A stretch of 64,000 nucleotides of DNA from Octopus vulgaris (GCA_951406725.2 OX597834.1:558001-622000), one strand, 5' to 3'. Positions 12,912-25,433 are shown, counted from the first letter of the stretch. Notes: a model not told the origin generated them from the letters alone. Made by a program: numbers and translations.

Positions 12912-15314
12912 GGAAACAGAAACAACGATGACGGCAGCAACAATAACAACAACATCCCACACACAGATAACGACAACAACCACATCATTCACACCACTAC
13001 CATCAACGTCACCCATAACAATAACAATAGGCACAACACAAGCACTACCACCACCACCACCACCATCGCACAGACTTACCCTTAACAAAAGAGTATGTAT
13101 CCCACCCCAAATTGACAGTGAAACAAAAGCAAAGATCTCCTTAGCTAGAAATAGACTCCGACACATCTTAGACCGATACAACAAATTCACTAAAAAACAT
13201 AGTGAGGAAGGGACCCACCAACTCAGTCCATCTGTTGACAAAGGCCTACAAAAACTAAAACAGCTGATTAGGAACAGAGAATTGGTGCGCCTGCCTACAG
13301 ACAAGTCTGGCAGATTGTCAATGGACAGCCCACAGAACCCTGTCCAGACCATGCAACAACACAGCAGTAGCATGAGAGAAGTTGCACCACAAGAACAGGG
13401 AAGAGTAGGAAAACTCCTCAATGCACATTCAATGGGAATGTGGTGCAACATACTCCAACCTATAAAAAGGATGGCACACAATTTCCAAAATCCAACAATG
13501 ACGTTCCTACACTATACGGGTTACGCAAAGACCACAAACCCTACATAAACCCTGTCGCAGGGCCCCCAACCAGACCAGTTTGCGGAGCCAACATCTCCAG
13601 CAACTGTCCTACTTCCTCTCACAAGTATTGCGACCTCTCATAGAGATGTCTCCGGATGTCTGTATGAGTAAAATCAGTACTTGTAACCACACCAACGACC
13701 TCACAGGTTGTATAGTGGGTAGTATGGATGCAATTTCACTCTACCTATCTATAGACATAGATTTTGCTGTGGAGAAATGCATTCAAGCAATCTGTGAGAG
13801 TGAAGTGGAATTCCGTAAGGTCAACACCAGGGAACTGGGCCTCCTCCTCAGACTATGCTATGACAATAACTATTTAGATGACCATGACCTTAGTAAATTC
13901 TACCCCACCAGGTCACAGAGAGGTAGACCACCCACCATCACTTCAGCGGTGAAGAAAAGCACCACAGAGCGCTGGAGTGGCTGGACCGCACCCACCCAAA
14001 ACCCTGAGAACAACAATCAGGTGAGGGAAATTATTGCATATGCAATAGGGGCCAGTGTAAAAAACCACCTTGAAAAACCACATAGTAAAGTTTAATAAAA
14101 AACTATACATGCAGATTCAAGGTGCAGCGGGAGATGTGGCTGGCCTCTTCATGACTTGGTGGGACAGAAAACTTAAACAAATGTTAGCAGAACAGTCCAC
14201 AATTCTTCTATTCTACAGTAGATATGTAGATGACATTAATATCATAGTTAGAACCAACTCTAGTGATGTAGAGACTGAGAAGAACGTAATGGAGAACATC
14301 CAGCAAATAGCTAACTCCATTCACCAAAGTATCAAGGTAACTACAGATTACCCCACAAAGCACCCTAACAATAGACTCCCTGTACTTGATACTGAACCTT
14401 GGTTAGAGACTGTGAACAATAGAGTGCATCTCCTCCACTCTTATTACATGAAACCTGTAACTTCAAAATATGTTGTTCACAAGAACCCAGCTTTGTCACA
14501 CAACAGGAAAATTAACATACAAATAGCAGACCTAGTTAGAATAATGGACAATGTGTCCCCACTATGCGAACCCTGTGAAATGAAGAAACATATACAGAAC
14601 TTCATGCACCGCATGCAGTTCTCTGGATATGATCAGAAAGATAGGGATCGAATATACAGGGGGGCTAAAAAGAAATTAGATAACATTATATGTAATGATA
14701 CCAGTGGTACCTGCCCTAGATATAGAAACAAAGAATGGAATAGAATACAAAGAGCTTGTGACAAAGCGAACACATGGTATAAAACCAACCAATATCAAGG
14801 AGTGATCTTTGTAGAGGCCACAGCCCATGGAGAACCAGCCCGTAGATCTAGAAAAGCTCTGAAGGAGACCAAACTCTACATTAAAATTGTTGAAAAGCCA
14901 GGGAACTCCGTCAGATCACAACTATGTAGGATGTACCCGTTTAAGAATACCATATGCACCAATGATAACTGCATGGTATGTAGAATTAGCCCTGATATCA
15001 ACTGTAGAACTCAAAATGTAGTTTATAGTATAAGATGCATAGAAGGTGCTTGTAAGGACATGAACATGATGTACATAGGGGAGACGTGTAGGAGCATTGC
15101 GGAATGAATAAATGAACGTCTGAGACAATATGACGACAGAAAACAGTCCTCCATACTCTGCCAACATACCAAAGACCACCATGGAGGTAACTCGGGTCAA
15201 CTTGACATCCGCATCTTATCCAAACACCCAAAAGACCCAACACTCAGACAAATACGGGAGTACGTCCTTATAAATGAAACTTACCCAATATTAAGTAGGA
15301 AATATACACAGTAA
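12912..15314 (+). mobile_element. Penelope-like retroelement ORF (RT + C-terminal GIY-YIG endonuclease), pseudogenised; Neptune-like Cys-rich linker
   Basis: PTDKSG; LYGLRKDHK..PTRPVC; VGSMDAISLY; RYVDDI; LPVLD; CTNDNCMVC...NCRTQNVVYSIRC...YIGETCRS; after a TGA at 15105 the frame continues to H..DHH and RQIREYVLI and stops at 15314; several frameshifts. Confidence 0.9.
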
Positions 15315-15480
15315 ATACCATACCTCCATACTCACAGTTTACACAGGTAGAGTAGAATAGTTAGTGGACAGTTAGGTAGATAAATGTATGTATGTATGTG
15401 GGGGGTGAGTGTGTGTGTATGCCTTTTTTATCATTATTATTTCTTGTTTTTTTTTGTTAAATATTTTATATTTTTTATTT

Positions 15481-15529
<49 letters not shown>

Positions 15530-15579
15530 TAGTTATCGCCATACTAATATGGCAGTCTATAAATATATTTTCTGTATGT

Positions 15580-15955
15580 AAGCATTTAGATATGTAAATA
15601 AACAGATCAACATACAGACGGATAGGTACATAGGTTACAAGAACAGACACATATGGAGACACAGATCCACACATATAAAGATGCACATCCATACATACAA
15701 ACATGGTACATAGTTACATAACACACACACACACAGATATGCACACACAAGGAGACAGAGGTGCATACATATACAAACACATGCTCACACACACATACAT
15801 GGAACATACTATTTTCAAGACTATTGAAAAGGTTGCAAGACGCAACGAAAATTTTAGGAAGATAAAAATAAGAAATAAGTGGAAATTTTACCGGTGAGTG
15901 CGTTAAATTATAAGGCAGAAAAAGAAAATGACTCTCCCCAGACACAACAGAATAT
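15580..15955 (+). repeat. Right arm (3' pseudo-LTR-like region) of the Penelope-like element
   Basis: aagcatttagatatgtaaataaacagatc...ctccccagacacaacagaatat is the reverse complement of 12360-12911. Confidence 0.8.
15821..15857 (+). ncRNA. Minimal hammerhead-ribozyme-like motif (U3-A8 core variant)
   Basis: cta-TTGAAAA-g-gttgc-aagac-gcaac-GAAA-attt-tag: 5-bp stem II, palindromic AATT stem III, 3-bp stem I cta/tag. Confidence 0.5.
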
Positions 15956-16048
15956 GCTTCAACACACCAACTCATATAAAGAATCTTGCAAACCAAATCC
16001 AAAAACGAAATCTATAAATAATAAAAAAAAACTATAACAAACACGACA

Positions 16049-16208
<160 letters not shown>

Positions 16209-16344
16209 ACTTGAAGACGGGTGGGCTCTGCCAGTTCAAAATTCCCAAGACACACTCTCTGAGTCACGACAGTATCCCCGATTGCATCAAAGAGTTGTCG
16301 GCCTTTGACATGGTGTGTTCATATACATTTATTGTTCCAAGAAT

Positions 16345-16550
16345 ACAGCTTACGGATGGCCAGGAAGACAGCACAGTTGATGTACCTAAGGTCTCAGAGT
16401 GTTTTGAGTCATTCAAAATCATCCTTTCCCACCTCACCTGCCTTGTTGACCCAGCCGGGGGTTGATTAAACTCCGGTTACATCCCAGTAGGAGCAAACCA
16501 CCGCTCGGCCCTATTTATCCGAAGTCACCTGGTGGCCTTTACTGTGGCTT

Positions 16551-16551
<1 letters not shown>
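16345..16551 (-). mobile_element. 3' end of a Hero-like (R2 superfamily) LINE
   Basis: Minus strand EATVKATR*LRINRAERW resembles the Hero ORF C-terminus as I recall it; followed by UTR atcaacccccggctgggtc...aaacactctgagaccttaggtacatcaactg. Assignment by recall, not by search. Confidence 0.5.
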
Positions 16552-16582
<31 letters not shown>

Positions 16583-17221
16583 GATGCACGCATATACACT
16601 GAAGAGGGTGTGAAATCATCATCCGGGTTGAGTACTTATAACAGAGGGGACTCCACTAAAGGCACATCCACGGGTCGGGTGGTTGTTGTTCAAACGAGTG
16701 ACTAGAACCCGAAAGAGAAGGCGAGGGCAGGAGCAGATAGTACAACCTAAAGTAACGGTCGATACATATCTGACAGGCTCCTTCCTAAAACTATCCCCCA
16801 AATACATAAGTGTGAGTGGACATAGAAGTCGAAAAGAAGTCGTTTCCCGCCTTACAAACTTCCAATCAGAGATCCCATGAGTGATGGATTCAGTCTGCCA
16901 CTCAAGAACAGTTTTCTCTGCCAAATTCCACACGCAAAACTTTGGTCGAACCGCAAGGCAACGGTAGAAGATACTCACCTTAAGCTACGAGCACTAGGAT
17001 CGAACCTGAAACTCCATACTCCAAAGGGAACAGCTACACTCGAGTCAGAATGTCGAATGTTTGACCCTCGAATGAAAAGCAAGGAATTGAATTTTTGAAA
17101 AATAAATTCTCAAAATTCGAATCTTCTCGGATTTTGTGGGAATTTTATCAGAGAAATAGAAATCTATGAATTCATCAATCATTTGATTTTATCAATGTGG
17201 CTTTTATTATGTTTAGTGTGT

Positions 17222-17545
17222 GAAGACGCATGACTAAGTGGTTAGAGTATTCGGCTTGCCATCGTAAGGTCCTGAGTTCGATTCATGACGGCGCGTTGAG
17301 CTCTTCAGCAAGTAACTTTATTTCTCCTTGCTTTAGTCCACTCAAAGGGGAAAAAATGAGTAGTATCCGTAATTCAAAAAACCTGCTTTTGTCATATTGT
17401 GTGTCACGCTGAATCCCCCTGGAAACTATTTTAAGGGGTAGACATGTCTGTGGAGTACTCAGCCATTAGCAATTTCACGCGCAGGCCGTTCCGTTGATCG
17501 GATCAACTGGAAAAATCGTTGTCATAACCGACGGAGCACCAGTTC
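17222..17545 (+). mobile_element. tRNA-derived SINE family C (CORE-like body), tail type 1
   Basis: A-box-like tgactaagtgg, B-box gagttcgattc, cttcagcaagtaactttatttc...tccactca...aaaatgagtag; head and core shared with 24279-24575. Confidence 0.7.
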
Positions 17546-18072
17546 TACTTAGTGTATCTTATATATCATTACATATATAATACTAATTATATTTTTATTA
17601 TATCAAGTAGAATTTATAAATTCATAGACCACAACGATATCATTTCAATATGATTTTATTATATATTTTATTACACATTTATTATGCTTATATTATATCA
17701 AATAGAATTAGACAATTATAAATTCTTATATCACAAAGATATCAATATGGCTTTAACAGGAGAGATAACCAATTCTCTCCCTTTGAACTTTCACTTTAAC
17801 AGCCATTATTAACATTTAAAGAGCCATTAACTCAGGCCTTTCGAAATATTTGTTGTTAGATTTTCTGATGTAGCTTAGAGCTAAACACTTTATTAAACTC
17901 ACGACTCATGTATTGATTTCTTTAAAAACAATTTAACAGCAAATTATGCGGAAAATAGAAAACGTATGCAGCGAAAACGCTAATACGATGTCTACAAAAT
18001 CAGGATTAATTTGAGAAAGAGAATCTAAGAAAAATCAGTGCTTTTCAATGTTTTGGGACTTCGCCTCAAACC

Positions 18073-18171
18073 GAAAATTATCGGTTCGCGTCAGAAGTAA
18101 AAGAAGCAAAAGAAATGCATTTCTTTTACTTCTTTTTTAAACTAATTCCTCTGACGCGAACCGATAATTTT
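18073..18171. repeat. Nested inverted repeat (hairpin)
   Basis: aaaattatcggttcgcgtcaga / tctgacgcgaaccgataatttt (22 bp) around an inner near-perfect palindrome centred on atgcat. Confidence 0.85.
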
Positions 18172-18184
18172 TATTTAATGCTTG

Positions 18185-18350
18185 CAATTTTGAGGTGAAG
18201 GGTTTACTTGGTCCCAATACTTATGGATCTGAAGAGAGGTGAAAAGCAAAGTTGATCTTGGTGTAATTTGAACTCAAAACCTAATGGATCGGAAGCAATA
18301 TCGCTGTGTGTTTTTTCGATGCTTCAATCATTTTGCCAGTTGACGACTTT
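18185..18350 (-). mobile_element. SINE family A, highly degenerate
   Basis: gaaaagcaaagttgatcttggtgtaatttgaactcaaaac...cattttgccagttgacg. Confidence 0.6.
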
Positions 18351-18414
18351 AATGAATAAATAAAGGAATGGTAAATATTCTACAATTAAGGTAAGATTGT
18401 TGTTGTTGTAGTCG

Positions 18415-18642
18415 TTGCTGTTTAAGGCCGTGTTGAGGCCTTATCCATTATAAACTAACATCAAAGGCGTTCCAGCCGTGAACATCTGTTCGTTTAAATT
18501 TTTTTGTTTTATTTTAAGACACAAATGTATCTAGGATTATATTAACCAATGCCTGTGTGATACCTTATTTGAAATGGCTGGGTGAGACTTGAGAGAGATT
18601 TCCCTGTTACATTTTACAGGTTGAAATACCAATTAGAGACTG
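18415..18642 (+). mobile_element. Unclassified interspersed repeat (family D)
   Basis: The motif gagagatttNNctgttaNNttNNagcaNg recurs near 2300-2355 and 28645-28695 (+) and near 31590-31615 and 33295-33460 (-). Confidence 0.4.
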
Positions 18643-19809
18643 GCGGAACGAAGAAAATTCACTAAGCAGGACAAAAACTGCAATGATATTGTGTATCCAT
18701 AAAAAGAAGAGATACTCCACGGTTTGGAATTCTAATGCAGTCTTGTTAAAGTGAACTTAGAATATATTGAAGGAAAACAGGAAAATAATGGCCACGTGGA
18801 TAGTTGTCCTACAAAAAGGAAAGGAAAACAAGACAAATTTCACAAACGACGCATTTTTATATGTTTGTAATGGTTTCTCCATCAGTAGCGACGACAAGTA
18901 TCCAACTCTTTGATCAAGGGAAATTAATATGTAAATGCCTGAATATTCCTCGATCAAGACATACATACATACATACATGCATACATACATACATACATAC
19001 ATCTCCACCCTACATCACCCCCATACCATCCCACAGACACGCACATATGTATTGAAGTGAAGGTTAGCGTTGCCTCCTAGATAGAATCGTAGGAACGGTG
19101 TCGTAGCATCCAGAGTTTTTTGAGAATTTAAACCTGGTGAAGACATCCTTTTCTAGATGTGAGCACAGCATCCTTCCATACTCTCTCCCTTCTTTTCGAG
19201 ATAGAGAGAGATATAGATAAGAATGAAAGAATCATGCCTATCCAACAATTATTTCTAATTTTAATTGACAAATTTTATAGGAACGAGAGAAAAATCTGGT
19301 TAAAGCCGAAAGAGAACTTTTAGAATAAAGATTTTATTTCCTGATGACTGATTTGTAAAACTTTAAGTCAACTCTTTAAATGCTGTAGTAATTTAAAATT
19401 TTAAATTTTCTTGCTTTGCTAGAATAAAATTAAAACACATCTTAATTCATGATTTCACATGGTTTCGGCTCGCAATATTCGTAGGAAGGGAAATAACTCT
19501 AAGAGAAAAGACTATCTCGTAAGGCTTTGAAAGTTATTTCCCTTGAAACATTATTTCAAAATAGACACGTTATCTTTGTGTCATGTTGTGGTTTGTGTTA
19601 GTGAGTCTCTTGTTTGCGACTCTGCTGCCTTAACATGAGTTTATAACAGGTGCTAAGTCAGAAATACTGGGAGGAGGATGAGAGAGTGGGTTTTATCGAT
19701 TCCAGCGTTTGATTATTTTTATCGATCCAAGAATAAAAAACAGAAGTCGATAAGACAATGAATCGGACGATCGAACGATCGAACCAATCTGTCTGCCTTG
19801 GTAATAATA

Positions 19810-20022
19810 ATCCTTTCTACTACAAGCTGTGGGTCTGAAATTCTGGCGAAGGGGTCAGTCGCATACTTTGACCTCAGAGCTTGACTGGTATTTATGTTAT
19901 CGATCTCGAGAAACTGAAAGTAAAATCGTTCTCGGCGTTATTTGAACTCAGAACATAAAGACCGATGAAATGGCACCAAGCCTTTTCTCTGATGCGCCAA
20001 CGATTCTGTTCGCTCGCAGCCT
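19810..20022 (-). mobile_element. SINE family A
   Basis: tcctttctactacaag...actggtatttatgttatcga...atttgaactcagaac...aacgattctgttcgctcgc. Confidence 0.75.
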
Positions 20023-20609
20023 CAATCATAGTAATGATAAGAACAACAGCAACAAAAAAATGTTGGATTCAAACATTTTTATGTTTTTAAATGTTTTGGT
20101 GTAGAACAAAGGCGTTGTGTTTTCTATGTTTTCCCCAGAAACAGGTGACATCGAGGTTGTGAGAATTAATACAGACATGGAGGAAATCCCAACGAAACTT
20201 TCATCAGGTTGGACCAACCAGTAATTTGGAGTTTGTATTATTTTATCGAGCCTAGAATGAGCAGAGATGAGGGTAGCCCGGGCGGATTTTGAAGTCAGAA
20301 GGTAGAGACACGGAACAACAAATCGCTGGTATTCTACTAATTATATCAGGAATAATTCTTATAATTATGTCCTTAATCTCTTTCATATTCTCTAAGACTG
20401 ACAATCTAAGATGGATTTTCGGATGGGATTTAGTCAGGTTAATTGACAACAGTATGACTGGTACTATATTTTACCTACCCCGAAAAGATGAAAATAATAA
20501 ACGACTTTACTGGGGACCTAAGTCAGAACGTAAAGACTTGAATCTAAATTCTTGAAGTCCTATTTCCCCCGCTTCTCTAACCATTCCGCCATTCACCATT
20601 TGTAATTAA

Positions 20610-20790
20610 AGAAAACATAAACAAGAATATAGAAATCATTCCAGTTCTCAGACCTGGAAACATTGTCAAAGATATACTACTGCTAGGTAGAGGCAACATT
20701 CTACATAACACAATTTCAAAACTCAACTCCAACTGTCCAACCTCTGTACACAACACCCAAGACAATAAATGTGCCGCTATGTGGTTGCCG
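20610..20790 (+). mobile_element. Possible very old R4/Dong-like 3' fragment
   Basis: DILLLGRGNILHNTIS against KIALLGTAHILRRTLS at ~59750; cacaacacccaagaca against cacatacccaaggca in the UTR. Confidence 0.3.
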
Positions 20791-21162
20791 TCTCTCCTTC
20801 AAAACGCATAATATTGTCTTAAAGAACGTAATGTTGGATAACAATGGAGCAGCAGTTGAAGACTGGGTTCCACGTGACTGACTCGTGCCAAAATTTGAAA
20901 CCATTATTTTCATTAATTTTCATTGGAGTCAATATCTACGTTTATTTGGTTTATTTGGTTTATTTGGTTTATTATAGTTATTTCTTTCCAGTGCAACTGA
21001 CATAGAACGAAACGCGGAAACGTCACACAACACGTGACATGGTACACTCCTCTTCTGCTTTAATATCTACGTTAATCACGGCTGAATATTGCTGTGCATA
21101 GATATAATAGATGTATAGACACTAGTTTGAAACCATTTCACAGAAGTAGCTACTGTGTGTGT

Positions 21163-21226
21163 AGATAGATAAATAGATAGATAGAATGAGAGAGAGAGAG
21201 AGAGAGAGAGAGATAGATAGATAGAC

Positions 21227-21309
<83 letters not shown>

Positions 21310-21310
21310 C
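21163..21310. repeat. (GA)n/(GATA)n microsatellite
   Basis: Direct reading. Confidence 0.95.
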
Positions 21311-21420
21311 AAGATAATAAGTAGGTAGGTAGGTTTCTGGTAGATGTGAAAGGATTTTTTGTAAAATGGTCAGTCATCTTTTGTATAGAAGCGGAATCCA
21401 CGGATGAGAGAGAGAAAGAA

Positions 21421-21471
<51 letters not shown>

Positions 21472-22763
21472 GAGAGAGAGAGAGAGAGAGAGTTGGCGAT
21501 GACCAGCAGGCGAATGTTGAGCAGTAGAGATAAAAATTATTAGGTGATGTTGCAAAGTATTTTTAACCAGCGAATAGCATGACCGGTTACTAGTTGAGAT
21601 TATTGCATACGAGGTCTACGGATGAAACTTTTTGATGAGAAATTTGATCATTTGCCTGGAAGTAGAACATAATTCTTATTCTTGTTTGTCAAAACCTTCT
21701 GAAGCGTTCAGTCAAGTTTTATGTTTCTGTGAGCTATAATCGCATTTCTGATCAGTATCAACTCAAAGTGACCTTTTCACAATTCTACAGATAACAGAAA
21801 TGTTGTTAGTTTCACTTGTTTTTAGTTTTCATTTGTATGGCAATAAAAGACGTGAACTTTATAGCTAATTCCGGGAGAGTGGGGGAACTGTGGCTATCTG
21901 GTTTTAAAAGTAATTTATGTTAATCCTATGTAGATTTTGTTGAAACAATTTACAGTGGTTATCTTTGCACCAAATACAATCGCCTTCATGACTCAATATT
22001 TGTGCACAGGACAAGGAGATGTGTTACATTTGCATTGTGGTGAGTGAGGTGCAGGGGTTCTACTGCTGTAACTTGGGCTGTGGTTGGATATGGAGCTATT
22101 CTCATCAAATTCAAACAAAAACAAGATTCCAAAAATTCTTAGAGTGACCAGAAAAAAAATTACTGCATTTCGATAAAGCTATATCGAAACGGATCATTTC
22201 GACCAGATATCGATATTGAGACAAGTCTACATTAATTGTAAGATATAGAAAATATTTGTCACATCCTTATTTGCCATGCCCACCATGCCAGATAGATTAG
22301 AATCGTAAGGTCAGATAAATTAGAATCATAGCCAGCAAACTCTTTAACATGTTTTGAAATTCTGAGGTTAATGGAAATAAATGTCACGAAGCCCTTAATC
22401 CTTCTTTTTTGTTTTGTTTTGCTGTTCTGTTAAAAGTCTGAGAAATTAACAGTTAATATTTTGCAGTGAAGGAAGTTATTTTGTGTCACAGAGTCACACT
22501 TTGGGGGATCCCAAAACATCAACATACATTCCAGGTAAAAATATTTTTCGCTAAATACTTGCCTGGGTTATCGTATTTTAACAGTGAAAAATGAATCAAC
22601 ACAATTCTTGTAACTGTTTAAGATTTACAACTTAAGATATTTCAGAATTTGTGTTTCTAACTGTCATTTACGTCATTCGAAAATGGCCGGACAGATCAAT
22701 AGTTTAAACAGCTGTTGTTAATTTGAACATTCTTGAAACGTCAATACATATATACATGCTTGT

Positions 22764-22794
<31 letters not shown>

Positions 22795-22963
22795 CTTGAG
22801 TCTGTGTATGTGTTTGAGTCTGTGTATGTGTTCTTTAAAATCCATGATTTAAAACAAGATTATACTGAATGTTTTTTATACATTTTAGAGAGCGGTTGCT
22901 CACTTATCAGAACACGGTGATAATATGTATATTTGTTACATTTTTTTTACTTTGTATTATTAC

Positions 22964-22965
<2 letters not shown>

Positions 22966-22994
<29 letters not shown>

Positions 22995-23018
22995 TTAATA
23001 ATAATAATAATAATAATG

Positions 23019-23061
<43 letters not shown>

Positions 23062-23087
23062 TAATAATAATAATAATAATAATAATG

Positions 23088-23141
<54 letters not shown>

Positions 23142-23165
23142 TTAATAATAATAATAATAATAATG

Positions 23166-23211
<46 letters not shown>

Positions 23212-23237
23212 TAATAATAATAATAATAATAATAATG

Positions 23238-23330
<93 letters not shown>

Positions 23331-23398
23331 TTAATAATAATAATAATAATAATGATAATAATAATAATAATAATAATAATATTAATAAAAATGATAAT

Positions 23399-23429
<31 letters not shown>

Positions 23430-23453
23430 TTAATAATAATAATAATAATAATG

Positions 23454-23496
<43 letters not shown>

Positions 23497-23597
23497 TAAT
23501 AATAATAATAATAATAATGATAATAATAATAATAATAATAATAGTAATAATAATAATATTAATAATAATGATAATAATAATAATAATAATAATAATG

Positions 23598-23650
<53 letters not shown>

Positions 23651-23684
23651 TATTATTATTATTAAATTATTATTATTATTATTA
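22966..23684. repeat. ~700-bp (AAT)n array with GAT/ATT variants, ending in inverted (ATT)n
   Basis: Direct reading; strand switch at ~23650. Confidence 0.95.
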
Positions 23685-23879
23685 TATGTGTTTATAAACA
23701 TCTAATTTATTGTCCACATTCACACACACGCGCATCTGCGTTAATGAACGGCGTTAAATGCACCAGAAAGTGACCGATTCTTTAAAACTTGGTTTAGTTC
23801 TTAAAAAAGCAAGAAGAATATTTAAGAATTCAGGTCAACATATTATAGTAAATGATTTTGGATTATAAAGGTTACTTAC

Positions 23880-24144
23880 TCAGGGTAATGCTTCACATTC
23901 TTTAGGCGGGTCTGCAGTATGGCGCATGTGCGTAAATCCGAGGTGTCCACCACCCTGCGCCTTGGGACGGTCGGCAAGCGGATCTCCTCGCCATCTTCTT
24001 GTAAATTGTTGAATACCGACTGGTGTGGTGTCGGGTGAGGAAACGCCAGCGACGCCCTCCTCCGTTGGGTAACATGTCGGCTACCTGCTGCACCAATCAT
24101 ATCTCTGCTATAGTCGTTGTTATTTCCTTGAAGCCGGTCGAAGG
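23880..24144 (-). CDS. Internal coding exon (265 nt, phase 1 to phase 2) of an unidentified host gene
   Basis: Branch-point-like ctactaat, polypyrimidine ttttttgtttgtcttttctcCAG acceptor, GTAAGT donor at 23879; open frame FDRLQGNNNDYSRDMIGAAGSRHVTQRRRASLAFPHPTPHQSVFNNLQEDGEEIRLPTVPRRRVVDTSDLRTCAILQTRLKNVKHYP; GC-rich island with no recognisable TE motif. Confidence 0.75.
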
Positions 24145-24278
24145 CTGGAGAAAAGACAAACAAAAAAATTAGTAGGTATTGTAAGTAAAAAGGCAGTATG
24201 AGAAACTTACATAAACACACATATATATACAACACGCACATACATGTATATGCAAGAAGAAGGAGGAGGAGGAGGAAC

Positions 24279-24575
24279 AACTCTTACGGTCATGAATGAC
24301 CATGGGATTGCCTCTAGAAAGTTACCCTCCGAGGCACAAGTCCGGCAGGTTGTTTATGGAAGACCAGCAGTCGCCCCTCATATCTCGCCTACCTTCTCCG
24401 TGCCGCCGACGTTACCCAAGAGAAAGGCAAAAGGGCCGATATGGCTTAGCACCAGTGACATCGTAATTCATTTCTACAGCTGAGTGAATTGGTGCAACGT
24501 GAAATAAAGTGTCTTGCTCAAGAACACAACATGATTGTGAGCCGGACGCTCTAACCGCTGAGTCACGCGCCTCCA
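24279..24575 (-). mobile_element. SINE family C, tail type 2, internal deletion in head
   Basis: Minus strand ggaggcgcgtgactcagcggttagagcgtccggctcacaatc...gtgttcttgagcaagacactttatttcacgttgcaccaattcactcagctgtagaaatgaat. Confidence 0.7.
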
Positions 24576-24834
24576 CACACACACACACACACTGTCGTAA
24601 CTGTTGGCACCTCACAACTGCTTGTTCGAATTAACGTCACATTTCCGATCATTCATGCCGGATGTAAAATGCTGTATAAGTGATCGGTCGTCGTCGAGCG
24701 TGTGTAGGCAAAGGTTCAGAGAGAAAGTGTCTGTGGTGGAAAAAGAGAAGGAATTCGTTATTTTTCACGCACCCTTCAAGAAGAATATGAAATGGAGATT
24801 TTTGTTTGCTTATATATTGAAAATATCACAATTC

Positions 24835-25400
24835 GTAATGAAAAGCATTCAATACTTGGCGGGTACCATCTCACGACTGGACCAGGAAATCGCATACAGA
24901 ATGAGCAGAGCTTGTGCTCAATTTGGCAAGCTACAGGAGAGGCTGTAGAAAAACAGAAATGCTTCTATAATTGTTAAATGTAAGGTATACCAAGTTATAA
25001 TGCTTTCTTCTCTGCTGTACGGAGTTGAAAGCTGGACAGTCTATAAAGCTCAAGTAGACAAGTCACACGCGTATATGATGAGACAGCTGCGACAGATTAT
25101 GAATATCAGATTCTGTTTGATAAGATCAGGAATGAATAGGTCCCACGGTTGCCTCTTATTGTAGAAATCATCATTGCTAGAAATTTACGCTGGTTGAGTC
25201 ACATACACAGGATGGACAACAACAAACTCCCCAGACAAATCCTTTATTCTCAACTATGTAAAGGGACAAGAAACCTTGGAAGATATAGATTGAGATTAAA
25301 AGATACTGCAAAAAGGAACATGAAGTGGAAAGGAACTGATCATAAAGGGCAAACTCAAGCAAAAAACCTGGGGAAAGCTTATCAAGACATGCCAAAGACA
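24835..25400 (+). mobile_element. RTE (BovB-like) LINE 3' fragment
   Basis: YLAGTIS-RLDQEIAYRMSRACAQFGKLQERL; KCKVY...LLYGVESW; LRWLSHIHRMDNNKLPRQILYSQLCKGTRNLGR..RLKD; stops and frameshifts. Confidence 0.85.
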
Positions 25401-25433
25401 TATATAGTCAAAGTCATGACGACTGGCAGCAAA

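Noticed and set aside
15105-15107. In-frame TGA in the PLE endonuclease as selenocysteine
   Set aside because: It aligns to the conserved Arg after GETxRS, the ORF has other lesions, and the selenoprotein-encoding Naiad PLEs have an N-terminal endonuclease, unlike this one.
17580-17750. Imperfect ~100-bp tandem duplication in AT-rich DNA
   Set aside because: Visible but old and low-complexity, with no sign of function.
22869-23705. Poly-Ile/poly-Asn ORFs here and at 59935-61342
   Set aside because: Translations of (AAT)n arrays.
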